A stretch of DNA of 59,987 nt from a virus (Duplodnaviria > Caudoviricetes): positions 1 to 59,987 of IMG/VR virus record IMGVR_UViG_3300041779_000001; one strand, 5' to 3'. Shown piece by piece: positions 28,057-38,294 of this stretch. The translations under genes and the position numbers were made by a program. The first letter of the stretch is position 1. Each line of letters opens with the position of its first letter. The notes below the pieces were generated by a model that did no database searches, was not told where the DNA came from, and saw only the letters and a list, made by a program, of their open reading frames with translations.

Positions 28057-28731
28057 ATGACGGAGCGAATGGCCGCACCCCGAGTGATTGACTTCCGTGA
28101 TGCCGAACGAAGCCCCACAGAGGATGCTCGGCCTACCAACTCTGCCGGCAAGCTGATGACCGCGAAGCAGGTCAGATCCCGAGCCCGGCGTACGCTAGAT
28201 AAGGGTAAACGTCTCGACGACGAAACCTTTGAGGCATGGTCGGGCAAGCCAATCGACGAGTGGGATCTAGAAGAGCTCGCGAGAGGTCGCACTAGGGATG
28301 GCGGTGGACGCTTTCGGGGTAAGCCGCCCAAGTATATGCCGCGCGCCGTGCACGAGAGGATCGCTGAGCGATTCAAGTTGCTGGTGCGCGACCAGATGAA
28401 CCAGAACTCAGTAATGGCTTTGGGAGTTATCGGCAATCTTCTCAGTAGTGAAGATACCGATGACAAGGGCAAGCCCATCGTTTCTGCCTCAGTAAAACTG
28501 GATGCAGCCAAGTGGCTAGTAGAGCATGTAATTGGCAAACCGGTTCAGCCGACCCAGCAGGATATCTCGGTTAAGCTTCAGGGCATTCTTGGCGCCGTCA
28601 TGGTTCAGCCGGTCCTGGATGAAGATCACCCCGATCGGGTGGCGCTTCCGAGGGGTTATACTGCCGGTCACTTCGGCACTCGCGGAGAATCCGTCATTGA
28701 CGTTGAGAGCGAGTGGGAAGATGACGACTAG
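28057..28731 (+). CDS. Probable terminase small subunit
   Basis: First gene of the virion operon, upstream of TerL; TTGACA-N17-GATACT promoter at 27903. Confidence 0.55.
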   Translation: MTERMAAPRVIDFRDAERSPTEDARPTNSAGKLMTAKQVRSRARRTLDKGKRLDDETFEAWSGKPIDEWDLEELARGRTRDGGGRFRGKPPKYMPRAVHERIAERFKLLVRDQMNQNSVMALGVIGNLLSSEDTDDKGKPIVSASVKLDAAKWLVEHVIGKPVQPTQQDISVKLQGILGAVMVQPVLDEDHPDRVALPRGYTAGHFGTRGESVIDVESEWEDDD

Positions 28732-29026
28732 TTGCGCAATCTGCGGTGAGTACGATGAAGCCAAGCACAGGGCCTCCGAACAACTTGGTTCGCTTAATCA
28801 TCAGTGGTCGACGACTGGGGTATTGATTCCCACACAGCGCGATGGTACTAAGCGACCGAGTCGACCTCAGACACCCATTTTGGTCGTTGGTGCCATCGAC
28901 ACTGCTCTTCGACAGATTCTACTCAGTAAAGGGATCCTTACAGATGAGGACTTCAGTACTGTTCTCCACCCTGGATCTGGCACTGAGGGAGATCGAGGAA
29001 CTGGGGAGACTCCGCCAGCCGAATGA
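28721..29026 (+). CDS. Hypothetical protein
   Basis: CAICG..H..H; overlaps both neighbours. Confidence 0.55.
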   Translation: MTTSCAICGEYDEAKHRASEQLGSLNHQWSTTGVLIPTQRDGTKRPSRPQTPILVVGAIDTALRQILLSKGILTDEDFSTVLHPGSGTEGDRGTGETPPAE

Positions 29027-29321
29027 GGCTTGCGGAATTCTCCTCGATATGTCCTGGCGGAAGCCTGACGGCAGTATTAGCTGGGTTAAAGAACTGCCTA
29101 ATCGCTCGATGGACGGTGAGGGCACCTACCGAATCGATGCAGAGGACATCAGGATGGTCATGGAAGGCCTTGAGGAAGTCGAGGATGTTGCTATTTGGCA
29201 TACTCACCCCTCGGGGCTTGTGGGGCCATCCAAGGGCGATATGAGAAATCGTCCTGAGGATAATATCTACATGGTCGTAATTGCCCTGACCCCCGATGGG
29301 CCGATCGCTTCTTGGTTCTGA
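28944..29321 (+). CDS. JAB/MPN (JAMM) metalloprotease
   Basis: PNEACGIL...IWHTHPSG..GPSKGD, a complete E-HxH-S-D motif. Confidence 0.88.
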   Translation: MRTSVLFSTLDLALREIEELGRLRQPNEACGILLDMSWRKPDGSISWVKELPNRSMDGEGTYRIDAEDIRMVMEGLEEVEDVAIWHTHPSGLVGPSKGDMRNRPEDNIYMVVIALTPDGPIASWF

Positions 29322-29333
29322 GAGGAGGTTCTG

Positions 29334-29693
29334 ATGCCGGAATCCTTTGGTGCAAACTACAACCGCCTTACACCTCGTCAGCGGGGTGGGTCTGAATATA
29401 GCGGGGTGGGAGAAACTCGGAACACCTTGCAGCCCAAGGGTGCTGAAGCCATTTCCTCCTCGGATGAACTTCGACTTGGTTATCTTACCGGCGATGGAGC
29501 GAAGGACCCTCTTCAGCTTACTATCATGAGCCTGGAAGATCGCCGGCAAATGGTCGGGTTGAAGCCCAGCAGTGATCTCCGACCGATCTGGTTGTCCAAT
29601 ACCGGTCGTACAGCAGAGGCTGAGATCGCGGGTGCGGAATACCCCGATGAGCTGAGCACCTTCGATCCATATGTTCCTGGGATGGGTGACTGA
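29334..29693 (+). CDS. Hypothetical protein
   Basis: GAGGAGG RBS; TGATG overlap with TerL. Confidence 0.7.
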   Translation: MPESFGANYNRLTPRQRGGSEYSGVGETRNTLQPKGAEAISSSDELRLGYLTGDGAKDPLQLTIMSLEDRRQMVGLKPSSDLRPIWLSNTGRTAEAEIAGAEYPDELSTFDPYVPGMGD

Positions 29694-31081
29694 TGGCCAG
29701 TCTCCACTTGCCCAAGGGTAAGGTACTGAAGAAGGATCTCTACTTCGCCGAGACTGGTTATGATCCCCACATGGGTCAACGAATCGTACACTACAGTACG
29801 AATGCTCGGCACCGAGTGCTGGTAAATGGTCGCCGATGGGGTAAGACTCTCGCCGGCGCCAAAGAAGCCGAGATCATGACATTCATCCGAAATGGCTTTG
29901 GGCAGCCACAGATCGGATGGATCATCGGCCCCGAGTACAGTGACTGCGAGAAGGAATTCCGCGTCATTCATGACTCGCTGCGCAAGCTTGGTGTGGACCA
30001 GGTTAGTACTCGGTTTACAAATAATGCCGAGAATGGTAACATGCACATCCGCACCAAATGGGGTTTCGATCTCCAGTGCCGTTCTGCTCGCCACCCGGAA
30101 AGCTTGGTTGGTGAAGGTCTTGACTTTGTACTCATCGTTGAGGGTGGCCGTCACAAACGAAAGATGTGGGGTGACTACGTTCGCCCCGCTCTCTCCGACA
30201 AGCGAGGTTGGAGTTTTACCTCCGGAGTTCCTGAGGGAGCTACTGAGACCTCGCTTCTATACTCTCTCTATCAGCGAGGCCAGGATACCACTAAGAAGTC
30301 TTGGTGGTCCATGCAGATGCCTTCCTGGACTAACGATGTCATCTTTCCCGGCGGTCGCAGTGACCCCGAGATCGTCGAGGCTCGAGATGACCTGACCGAC
30401 GATGAATTCCGCCGTCAGTACGGTGCTGAGTTCGTCGATAACATCGGTCGAGTCATGAAAGAGTGGGATGATGATGACCATGTCAAGGATCTAGAGTATA
30501 ACCGTAAGTGGCCGCTGTATGCTGCGGTTGACTTTGGGTATACTAATGCCTGGGTGTGGCTCTGGATTCAAACTGATGAGTGGATGAACGTCTATGTCAT
30601 CGGCGAGGAGCGATTCTATCTTCGAGACACCGAGGACATTGCTCGGCTCGAGTTCAAAAATCATCCTCTACTCCCACGGCTTTCAACCATTTACGTAGAC
30701 CCAGCTGCCCCGGATGATGCCAATATTCTTCGTCGTACTCTTGATAAGTCAACAGCCAACAACACGGGTGGCGAACTCAAGACTCGACTCGGCTTGATTC
30801 GGAATGCCCTTAAACTTAAGCCCAGTCATCTTCCCGATGGCCACCCGGAGAAGCGAAGCTCACTGCAGATTGATCGCAGTTGCGAGAAACTGATCTGGGA
30901 GATGCGGGAAGGGTATCGGTGGCCCGAACGACGATCTGAAGATCGTAACGACTCGGAACTGCCGATGGACAAGGATAACCACGGCCCTGAAGCTCTCGGG
31001 CGATTCTACAAGGGCCACATGGAAAAGCGAACCGTGGTCGGCCGATCGCGGCAGTCTAGTATCAAGGTGAGGAGGCGCTGA
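29693..31081 (+). CDS. terL: Terminase large subunit
   Basis: Walker A GRRWGKT, LVGEGLDFVLIVE, FRRQYGAEF, nuclease AVDFG, DNHGPEAL. Confidence 0.93.
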   Translation: MASLHLPKGKVLKKDLYFAETGYDPHMGQRIVHYSTNARHRVLVNGRRWGKTLAGAKEAEIMTFIRNGFGQPQIGWIIGPEYSDCEKEFRVIHDSLRKLGVDQVSTRFTNNAENGNMHIRTKWGFDLQCRSARHPESLVGEGLDFVLIVEGGRHKRKMWGDYVRPALSDKRGWSFTSGVPEGATETSLLYSLYQRGQDTTKKSWWSMQMPSWTNDVIFPGGRSDPEIVEARDDLTDDEFRRQYGAEFVDNIGRVMKEWDDDDHVKDLEYNRKWPLYAAVDFGYTNAWVWLWIQTDEWMNVYVIGEERFYLRDTEDIARLEFKNHPLLPRLSTIYVDPAAPDDANILRRTLDKSTANNTGGELKTRLGLIRNALKLKPSHLPDGHPEKRSSLQIDRSCEKLIWEMREGYRWPERRSEDRNDSELPMDKDNHGPEALGRFYKGHMEKRTVVGRSRQSSIKVRRR

Positions 31082-31082
31082 G

Positions 31083-32813
31083 ATGACCACGTTCAATGAA
31101 CTTGGTCCGTATGCCAACGCTCTTCAGCTTGGTGGGACTGACGATTACGGTTGGTTGCCTGAGGCAGCTAGGGATCGGGCCAAGGCCTACCAGAAATACG
31201 ATCAGATCTACTGGAATGATAACAACCAGTTCTCCATTCGGTACCTGGCCGGCGAAGTTCCGGTTTACATTCCAAATGCCCGTACCATGGTTGACACCAC
31301 GGCTCATTATTACCTCAAGGGCCTGAGTGTTAATGTCAAGGATGCCGAGAATAACCCCGAGACGGATAGTGCTCTCAAGACCTTCCTCAAGCGAGAGATG
31401 TTCTATTCGACTTTCCACACAGCGAAGCATACGGGGGTGGCCCGAGGTGACTATGTCCTGCACCTGACAGCTGACCCTGATAAGCCCGCCGGCAAGCGAA
31501 TCTCGGTTAACTCGATTCATCCTTCCAAGGTAATTCTGGACACTGACCCCAGTAATCGTAACAGGGTCATTCGGGCTCACTTGGTTGAGAAGGTGCCTCA
31601 CCCTCAGCCCGATAAGAAGGGCGAGTTCGCGGTAAAGGAACTCCTCTATTGGTATGAGGGCGACGAGGGGGAGATCGAAGAGGAGGAGGCCCCCTACCCC
31701 GATCAGCTCGTCCGAGACGATGAGCCTACTCCCGGTGTCCGCCGAGTACTTCGGGTGGAAAAAATCTGGTCTATGGATAAGCCATGGTGGGATGAAGAAC
31801 AGCGGGAGTTGATCTCGGTAACTCTCGATGAGGAAGCTCTTCCCGAGCCTATCGACTGCATTCCTGTTTACTGGTTCACTAACCTCGGTTGGGACGAGGG
31901 ACCCTATGGTTACTCTGATCTTCGGGGCTTTGAACGCCAGTTCCAGAGTATTAGCCAGGTCACTACCGACCAGAGTACTTCTCTCGGTCTCGAAGGCCTC
32001 GGTGTCTATGCCACCGACGGTGGTAAGCCAGTAGATAATAATGGCGCCGAGGTAGAATGGGAAGTCGGACCAGGTAAGGTCATGGAAGTGACCACCGGGG
32101 CTTACTTCAGGCGAGTCGAAGGTGTGGGGTCAGTTCGTCCCAACATTGACCACATCGACTACTTGGAGTCTAAGCTTCGTGAGGCGGATGGACTTTCCGA
32201 CGTAGCCCTCGGTCGAGTAGATGTACAGACAGCCGCCTCTGGTATTGCTCTGGCGATCAAGTTCATGCCTACCCTGGCTAAACTGGATCAGCGAGACAAG
32301 GCGGGGATCGACCGTACTAACCAGTTCTTCTATGACTGGAAGAATTGGCACCAGGCTTACGAGGGCCCCCAGCTGAACGGTGACATTGAAGTTACCATCG
32401 GCGATAAGCTTCCGACTGACCGCACCGGTCGGATTAACGAGCTGAACAACATGCTCGACCGCGGAGTTATTTCCAAGGCATACTACCGCGACGAGATGCA
32501 GAAGCTCGGGTATGAATTCCCCAAGGATATTGAAGACCAGATCGACGCGGAGGATGAGAAGGCAGCTGAAAAGGCTGCTGCAGCGGCTCCTCCCGGTCTT
32601 CAAGATAATGCGGTTGATGCGGCCTCCGGAGCTAAGGCTCCTCCTCCCGGCAACCAGCCGGGTCAGGTGACCCAGAAGAGGACGGTAGTCAACCGTAGCA
32701 ACAACAAGGCGAAACCCAATGAATCGGGTGGAACCGAGGCCAATCAGAGGGTCGGAAGACAGGCAAGGGGCGGGAAGCCCACTGTCAACAAACGGGTTCC
32801 GACTGCCAAGTAA
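31083..32813 (+). CDS. Portal protein
   Basis: Follows TerL; 576 aa; YGYSDL and ASGIAL segments. Confidence 0.85.
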   Translation: MTTFNELGPYANALQLGGTDDYGWLPEAARDRAKAYQKYDQIYWNDNNQFSIRYLAGEVPVYIPNARTMVDTTAHYYLKGLSVNVKDAENNPETDSALKTFLKREMFYSTFHTAKHTGVARGDYVLHLTADPDKPAGKRISVNSIHPSKVILDTDPSNRNRVIRAHLVEKVPHPQPDKKGEFAVKELLYWYEGDEGEIEEEEAPYPDQLVRDDEPTPGVRRVLRVEKIWSMDKPWWDEEQRELISVTLDEEALPEPIDCIPVYWFTNLGWDEGPYGYSDLRGFERQFQSISQVTTDQSTSLGLEGLGVYATDGGKPVDNNGAEVEWEVGPGKVMEVTTGAYFRRVEGVGSVRPNIDHIDYLESKLREADGLSDVALGRVDVQTAASGIALAIKFMPTLAKLDQRDKAGIDRTNQFFYDWKNWHQAYEGPQLNGDIEVTIGDKLPTDRTGRINELNNMLDRGVISKAYYRDEMQKLGYEFPKDIEDQIDAEDEKAAEKAAAAAPPGLQDNAVDAASGAKAPPPGNQPGQVTQKRTVVNRSNNKAKPNESGGTEANQRVGRQARGGKPTVNKRVPTAK

Positions 32814-32850
32814 CTAGGGCGAGATGCCCTAGCAATAAAGGGGACGCGAG

Positions 32851-33537
32851 ATGCGACCGATGATCGATCCGAAGAACCAGTCCTGGTGGCTCACTCTCAA
32901 CCGACCCATTCTCGGTTTTGAGGATGAGGGCGAGGGTGCGGGTGCGGGTGATGAGGGCACCGAGGGAGAGCCTGGAGAGGGTCAAGAGGCTGAGGGCGAG
33001 CCTGATGATAAGTCAGGTAAGGTCGATGACACCGCCGGCCTGAAGAGTGCCCTCGAGAAGGAGCGGGCTGACCGCAAGAAGCTCGAGAAGGAGCTCAAGA
33101 TCTTCCGAACGGCCAAGCAGGCCGCGGATGATGCTGAGAAGGACGACGTAGATCGCCTGACCGCCGAGCGCGACCGAGCAGCTGAGAAGGCCGTCAAGCT
33201 GGCTGCGGGATTCAAGACCTCCGCTGTAGAGGCTGCGGTCATCGCTGCCGCCGGCAAGGCCAAGTTCCGTGACCCCAGTGACGCCTTGCGCCCCGAAGTT
33301 CTCTCGATCATCGGTGTGGAGCAGGATGATGATGACCCGACTAAGGTCACCATCGATGCCGCATCTCTGGATCAGGCCATTAAGGACCTGGCCAAGAATA
33401 AGCCTCACTATATCGGCATCGAAGAAAAGAAGCTGCCCAAGAGTGGTTCGACTTACGGCGGCAAGCCGAGTGATGGTAAGGGCGACGCAAACGCAGAACT
33501 GAAGCGTAAGTACCCAGTGCTGCGCAACCTTAAGTAA
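32851..33537 (+). CDS. Capsid scaffolding protein
   Basis: Acidic N-terminus, LKSALEKER coiled coil, synteny. Confidence 0.8.
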   Translation: MRPMIDPKNQSWWLTLNRPILGFEDEGEGAGAGDEGTEGEPGEGQEAEGEPDDKSGKVDDTAGLKSALEKERADRKKLEKELKIFRTAKQAADDAEKDDVDRLTAERDRAAEKAVKLAAGFKTSAVEAAVIAAAGKAKFRDPSDALRPEVLSIIGVEQDDDDPTKVTIDAASLDQAIKDLAKNKPHYIGIEEKKLPKSGSTYGGKPSDGKGDANAELKRKYPVLRNLK

Positions 33538-33560
33538 TTCCTAGGAAAGGGTAAGCCGTC

Positions 33561-34013
33561 ATGGCTGGAGCTCGCTACGACAAGTATGACCCGATCAACG
33601 GTGGATTCCGTGCCCCTCTCGCTGCAGACCTGACCTTTGATGCCTCGGGTCACTATGGTCCGAAGGTCATCTCGCTGAACACCAGCGGACAGGTGGTCGA
33701 AGGTACCGCGTCCAACTCCGGTGGGGTTGGGGTCCTGGTGAAGAATGTGCCGCTCTACCCGAACCTGGGTAACATCCCGGGTGCGATCAATGCGGGTGTC
33801 CCCATCGGCGGTAAGGCCGGTAACGTGGTCGACGTCATGACCCAGGGAGAGATCGTCAGTATTCCCGGGCTGGTTGCCGGTACCAGTTACTATGCCGCAG
33901 CCAATGGCACCCTGACGGCTACTCCGCCGGCGACGGGAGTCAATGGGTGGAAGGTGGGTCACACCGTTGAGGCAGACCGCCTGGTCGTTCGCTTTCAGGC
34001 AGTCCAGGGCTAG
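33561..34013 (+). CDS. Capsid decoration/minor capsid protein
   Basis: Gly/Thr-rich beta protein immediately before the major capsid gene. Confidence 0.65.
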   Translation: MAGARYDKYDPINGGFRAPLAADLTFDASGHYGPKVISLNTSGQVVEGTASNSGGVGVLVKNVPLYPNLGNIPGAINAGVPIGGKAGNVVDVMTQGEIVSIPGLVAGTSYYAAANGTLTATPPATGVNGWKVGHTVEADRLVVRFQAVQG

Positions 34014-34058
34014 TACTTCTACTACGCTCTCAACCTTGAGGAGTAAGGAACCCACACC

Positions 34059-35255
34059 ATGACTTTCATTCGCGTGAACGAGCGACTCACCCCGAAGCAG
34101 CAGCTGATGCTGGGGATGACCGGCTCCATCTTCGGTTTCGATGGCCCGGGTAACCAGGGCGGCGTCAACGAGCGCGCTGACATTCTGACCCAGGCCGGTG
34201 ATGGTTCCGATCTCAATGAGATCTGGACCGAGATCGCCGCCACCCTGGCAATCTGGAACCGGCAGCGAACTGGGCTCATCGCTCAGCTCACCTACAATGT
34301 CGGCGAGGCTATCGAGCACGTCGGTGTTCCCGGGCAGACGGACTTCGAGGAAGCCTCTGAGTACGGGCAGCCTCGTGGAGCGAGTGGTTACACCTACCTG
34401 AACCGTGGGTATGACTTCAAGTTCTACGATCTGGCCATGCGGTTCACCTGGATGTTCATCGCTGAGGCCGGCGCGGACCAGCTGCGGAACCTGAACAACC
34501 AGGCTCTTGAGGCGGATAACCGCCTGCTGTTCAACAAGGTCTTCAAGACCATGTTCAACCCGACGAACCTCCAGGGTATCGCGGACAAGAACATCCCGAC
34601 TACCGTCGTTAAGTTCTACAATGGTGACGGCGAAGTTCCGCCGATCTACAAGACCAACACGTTCACTGGTTCTCACACGCACTACAGTACCACCCAGACT
34701 CTGGGTGCGTCGGCGACGCTGAACTCGGCTACTGTAGATGCAGTCGAGGCTGACCTCAAGAAGCACGGCTATGCTCCTCAGCAGTCTGGGACTCGCCTGA
34801 TCATCACGGTGAACCCCCAGGAGGGGGCTATCATCCGTACGTGGAAGGTGACCTCCGGGGCGAAGTACGACTTCATCCCGAGTGCCAACTACGGCGGTGG
34901 CATCTTCCTGCCGATGAACGGGGGCATCATCGCTCGTCCCGAGGGGGTCGTGGATGAGGAGATCGGTACTTACGGTCCCTTCCACATCGTCGAGGAGGAG
35001 TACACGCCGGCCGGTTACCTGGCTTGCCTGGCTTCCGGTGGTGAGTTCTCCCTGAACAACCCGATCGGCATCCGGGAGCACTCGAACCCGACCTACCGCG
35101 GCCTGACTCACATCCCCGGTCAGCGATCGGACTACCCTCTGATCGACTCCTTCTACCGTCGCGGCTTCGGTACTGGCATCCGGCAGCGAGGTGCGGGATT
35201 CATCGTCCAGGTCACTAGCTCGGCAACCTACACGGTACCGGGTATCTACGCCTAG
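34059..35255 (+). CDS. Major capsid protein
   Basis: 398 aa, strong codon bias, FEEASEYG, synteny. Confidence 0.85.
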   Translation: MTFIRVNERLTPKQQLMLGMTGSIFGFDGPGNQGGVNERADILTQAGDGSDLNEIWTEIAATLAIWNRQRTGLIAQLTYNVGEAIEHVGVPGQTDFEEASEYGQPRGASGYTYLNRGYDFKFYDLAMRFTWMFIAEAGADQLRNLNNQALEADNRLLFNKVFKTMFNPTNLQGIADKNIPTTVVKFYNGDGEVPPIYKTNTFTGSHTHYSTTQTLGASATLNSATVDAVEADLKKHGYAPQQSGTRLIITVNPQEGAIIRTWKVTSGAKYDFIPSANYGGGIFLPMNGGIIARPEGVVDEEIGTYGPFHIVEEEYTPAGYLACLASGGEFSLNNPIGIREHSNPTYRGLTHIPGQRSDYPLIDSFYRRGFGTGIRQRGAGFIVQVTSSATYTVPGIYA

Positions 35256-35295
35256 CCCAAGCATCGGCAAACTACAACCTAGGGAGGATCGCGGT

Positions 35296-35661
35296 ATGTC
35301 TGAGACTAACCCCCTGGATGACATCGTTGATGAGTTGGTGGTCTTCAAGCACGAAGATCCCAACCATCACGACGGTCAGTACTTCAGCAATAACCCCATG
35401 TGGGCTGACAGCCGAGTTCGAGAGCATTGGATGAAGCGCAATAGCGACGAAGCCAAGGCCGCTCAGAACGACGTCGAGGACGACGAGGACGACGAGGACG
35501 AGGATTCCGAGGAGGTCGACTATAACGTCATGACCAACGAAGATCTTCGCGCTGAACTGCTTACCCGGGGTCTGGCCCTCGATGGTAAGAAGGTCGACCT
35601 GATCCAGCGACTCGAAGAGGACGACGCAACCGAGGAGAACGACGCAACCGGGGAGAAGTAA
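35296..35661 (+). CDS. SAP-domain protein
   Basis: MTNEDLRAELLTRGLALDGKKVDLIQRL. Confidence 0.75.
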   Translation: MSETNPLDDIVDELVVFKHEDPNHHDGQYFSNNPMWADSRVREHWMKRNSDEAKAAQNDVEDDEDDEDEDSEEVDYNVMTNEDLRAELLTRGLALDGKKVDLIQRLEEDDATEENDATGEK

Positions 35662-35664
35662 GCC

Positions 35665-35997
35665 ATGACTATGCCCCCCACGTCTCTAGATCTCCTGCGG
35701 CTTTACATCGACGATGTCAAGACGTTGGATGGTAGTGACCCGATGTTCACTGATGCCGAACTTCAGGGGGCATTGGCTTCATGCCTGGATAACCCAGAGC
35801 GAGCAGCAGTTGAGGGTTGGCGCTGGAAGGCTGCCAAGTACTCAGCTCTGGTCGATGTGACCGAGGGCAATGCTTCCCGAGCGATGTCCGACCTCCAGGA
35901 TCATGCTCTTAGCATGATACGGCACTATGAGGCTTCTCGATCTGGGCCTACTGAGGGTCGGACTCGCATCGGGTCGATTCGGAGAAGGAGTTTCTGA
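35665..35997 (+). CDS. Head-to-tail adaptor
   Basis: LRLYIDD..FTDAEL..W..KAA..VDVTEG; synteny. Confidence 0.7.
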   Translation: MTMPPTSLDLLRLYIDDVKTLDGSDPMFTDAELQGALASCLDNPERAAVEGWRWKAAKYSALVDVTEGNASRAMSDLQDHALSMIRHYEASRSGPTEGRTRIGSIRRRSF

Positions 35998-36401
35998 TGG
36001 ACGCCACAATGACCCCCCATCTGCGCAGGGTCATGGCGGAGTTCATCAAGGCGGATGGTCGGGAGATCTCATTGCATCGCCCGACCTTCACCAAGACTGC
36101 CACTGGTGGGTATGATAAGAGTTCTTTCGAGACTCTGGATCCCCAGATCTTCCGACTCGTCATGTATCGCCGGCGATTGACCGATCTGACTACCCCCAAG
36201 GCTGACGGAGAAGTTCCGACTCTGCCGTACGTTCTTATCGGGTACTATAATAGCAATGTTCAGAGGATGGATGAATTTACTCTGGATAACGTCTATTATC
36301 GTATTCAAGGTATCGAACCTCACACCAATGACCGAGTCCACACTGATCGAGTAGTCGCTCAGTTGATCGGCCTCGACCAAGCAGGTGTGACATGGGCCTG
36401 A
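35997..36401 (+). CDS. Head-to-tail stopper
   Basis: Synteny; beta-rich. Confidence 0.6.
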   Translation: MDATMTPHLRRVMAEFIKADGREISLHRPTFTKTATGGYDKSSFETLDPQIFRLVMYRRRLTDLTTPKADGEVPTLPYVLIGYYNSNVQRMDEFTLDNVYYRIQGIEPHTNDRVHTDRVVAQLIGLDQAGVTWA

Positions 36402-36751
36402 GCGGCATTTTCCTCAAGGATAGCTTGACCTCGGGCATAGCTCGGGCGGAGGTAGTATTCCGAAAAGCTCTTGAGGACGATGTCCTGAATACTGCTACTG
36501 AGGCTCTGGATTATGCCAAAGAGCAGGCACCCTGGGAAGACCGCACTGGCGATGCCCGCGAGGGCCTGGATACTGACGTCCGATGGGAAGGCGAGACCAT
36601 CGTATGGGAACTATACCATACAGTGGACTATGGTCTTTACCTCGAAACTATCCAGAATGGCAAGTTCGCCATCATCATGCCGACTCTAGAGATGTATGCT
36701 AGCCATGTCGGTATGAGCCTGAGTGAGAGTATGGGGGGCGATGATGGCTAG
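36392..36751 (+). CDS. HK97 gp10-like neck protein
   Basis: APWEDRTGDAR, VDYGLYLE. Confidence 0.75.
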   Translation: MGLSGIFLKDSLTSGIARAEVVFRKALEDDVLNTATEALDYAKEQAPWEDRTGDAREGLDTDVRWEGETIVWELYHTVDYGLYLETIQNGKFAIIMPTLEMYASHVGMSLSESMGGDDG

Positions 36752-37154
36752 TAGTCAAGTCCGAACTTGGGTCCATTCTCGCCTGTCCACCGATTCGGAC
36801 CTCTCGACAATCACCGCAGATAGAGTCTGGCAACAGGGCGGGATACTTTCATCTCAGGAAGTCAAGCCTTACCTAGTTCACCACTTCGGTAATAACACCG
36901 ACGAAGGTATGGCTGACGAGGATAGTTTCCAGCCCAACCGTCAGTTTCTGCAAGTATTCATCCATTGTAATCAGGGTGACTACGGGCCGATCGATGACAT
37001 CATGCCTCTCGTAAAGAAGGCGCTGGCAAGTCTCGAGGGTCGACCAAAGGCCCTGATTGCCATACAGTATCTGGAGACTAGCCAGGATCTCCAGGATGAT
37101 CTTCTCCAAACCTATTTCCGCTACATGCGTTTCCAACTGATCCTCTCGGAGTGA
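36741..37154 (+). CDS. Tail terminator
   Basis: Synteny; PYLV. Confidence 0.6.
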   Translation: MMASSQVRTWVHSRLSTDSDLSTITADRVWQQGGILSSQEVKPYLVHHFGNNTDEGMADEDSFQPNRQFLQVFIHCNQGDYGPIDDIMPLVKKALASLEGRPKALIAIQYLETSQDLQDDLLQTYFRYMRFQLILSE

Positions 37155-37157
37155 GCT

Positions 37158-37430
37158 ATGGCGACTAAGATCAAGTACTCGGGTGGTTCTCATTTTCGGG
37201 AGCTGCTCGAGGAGGACTTCAAGAAGCTGGGTGTGGAGGGTCAGAAGGCCCTGACGTTTGCTCGGCATGAGGTGACCCTCGTCGAGGATGACACGGCTGA
37301 TGCCATCATGAAGTTCCTCGGCGAGGAGTTTACCCAGGTCAAGAGTGATACCTCAGCGATGGTGAAGGATGCTACTGCTGACGCCCCGCCGGCGACTTTG
37401 CCCGAGGATGAGGTCGAAGGGCCCGCCTGA
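37158..37430 (+). CDS. Hypothetical virion-region protein
   Basis: Operon packing. Confidence 0.65.
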   Translation: MATKIKYSGGSHFRELLEEDFKKLGVEGQKALTFARHEVTLVEDDTADAIMKFLGEEFTQVKSDTSAMVKDATADAPPATLPEDEVEGPA

Positions 37431-37555
37431 TCAAGTGGGCCGTAAAGCCTTCTTCACGAAGCCTGGATGAGAGTCCCTGACTAAAGGTACCCATCACAGG
37501 CATGATTAGGTGAACTTGATTACCCTAATCATCACGGACTCGCTAGGAGCGTCGC

Positions 37556-37762
37556 ATGATCGAACTCCGATGCAGCGGCACCATGCATGGAAAGCTGGCC
37601 ATCCTCGATGGTAAGCTGGAAGTCAAATGCGGGCGACGTGGCTGCGGGGCCAAGCGAGGGGTTGTGGTTCTCCACACCTTCGATCTAACAACCGGAGATC
37701 TGGTCGCAACCAATAGGTTCGCCGACCCCGTAAGAAACGAGGAAACCCATGCCTCTCGGTAA
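37556..37762 (+). CDS. Small zinc-ribbon (Mu Com-like) protein
   Basis: IELRC...HGKL...LEVKC...C. Confidence 0.6.
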   Translation: MIELRCSGTMHGKLAILDGKLEVKCGRRGCGAKRGVVVLHTFDLTTGDLVATNRFADPVRNEETHASR

Positions 37763-38294
37763 TACCCTTCCGTTCGGCCTCCGCGATGTTAAGCTCTGGC
37801 CGCTTGATGTTACCGGTGCCCGAGCTGCAGTTGGCATCGACCTGCCAGTGTCTCAGACCTTCAGCTTCAAGGAGACTGTGTCCTCTGAGCAGCTGATGGG
37901 TGACGACGTCATTCAAGGCAGTCATGACTATGACCCGATCATCGAGTGGGAACTGGATGCAGGGGGCTACTCGCTCGAGGCTTACGTAGTCCTCTCTGGC
38001 GGCACCCTCACCACGACCGGTACCACACCGGCTCAGAAGAAGGTCCTGTCCAAGCTCACCACGAACCAGCGGCCGTACTTCGAGGTTGAGGGCCAGGCCA
38101 TCTCTGACAGCGGTGGTGACATGCACGTGGTCGTCTATCGGGCCAAGTGTGATGGCGACCTGGATGGCAAGTTCGAGAACGGCGGTTTCGCTCTGACCAA
38201 GGCCACTGGTAAGGCTTACGGGCGAATCGACAACCAGAAGCTCTGGGACTTCGTCCAGAACGAGACGACTATCTCGATTGTTGCGGGGCCGTAA
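37749..38294 (+). CDS. Major tail protein
   Basis: LPFGLRDVK, RPYF..EGQA; position before the chaperone. Confidence 0.8.
   Translation: MPLGNTLPFGLRDVKLWPLDVTGARAAVGIDLPVSQTFSFKETVSSEQLMGDDVIQGSHDYDPIIEWELDAGGYSLEAYVVLSGGTLTTTGTTPAQKKVLSKLTTNQRPYFEVEGQAISDSGGDMHVVVYRAKCDGDLDGKFENGGFALTKATGKAYGRIDNQKLWDFVQNETTISIVAGP

Noticed and set aside
33453-35363. 636-aa minus-strand ORF
   Set aside because: Antisense shadow of the codon-biased capsid genes; no motifs or RBS
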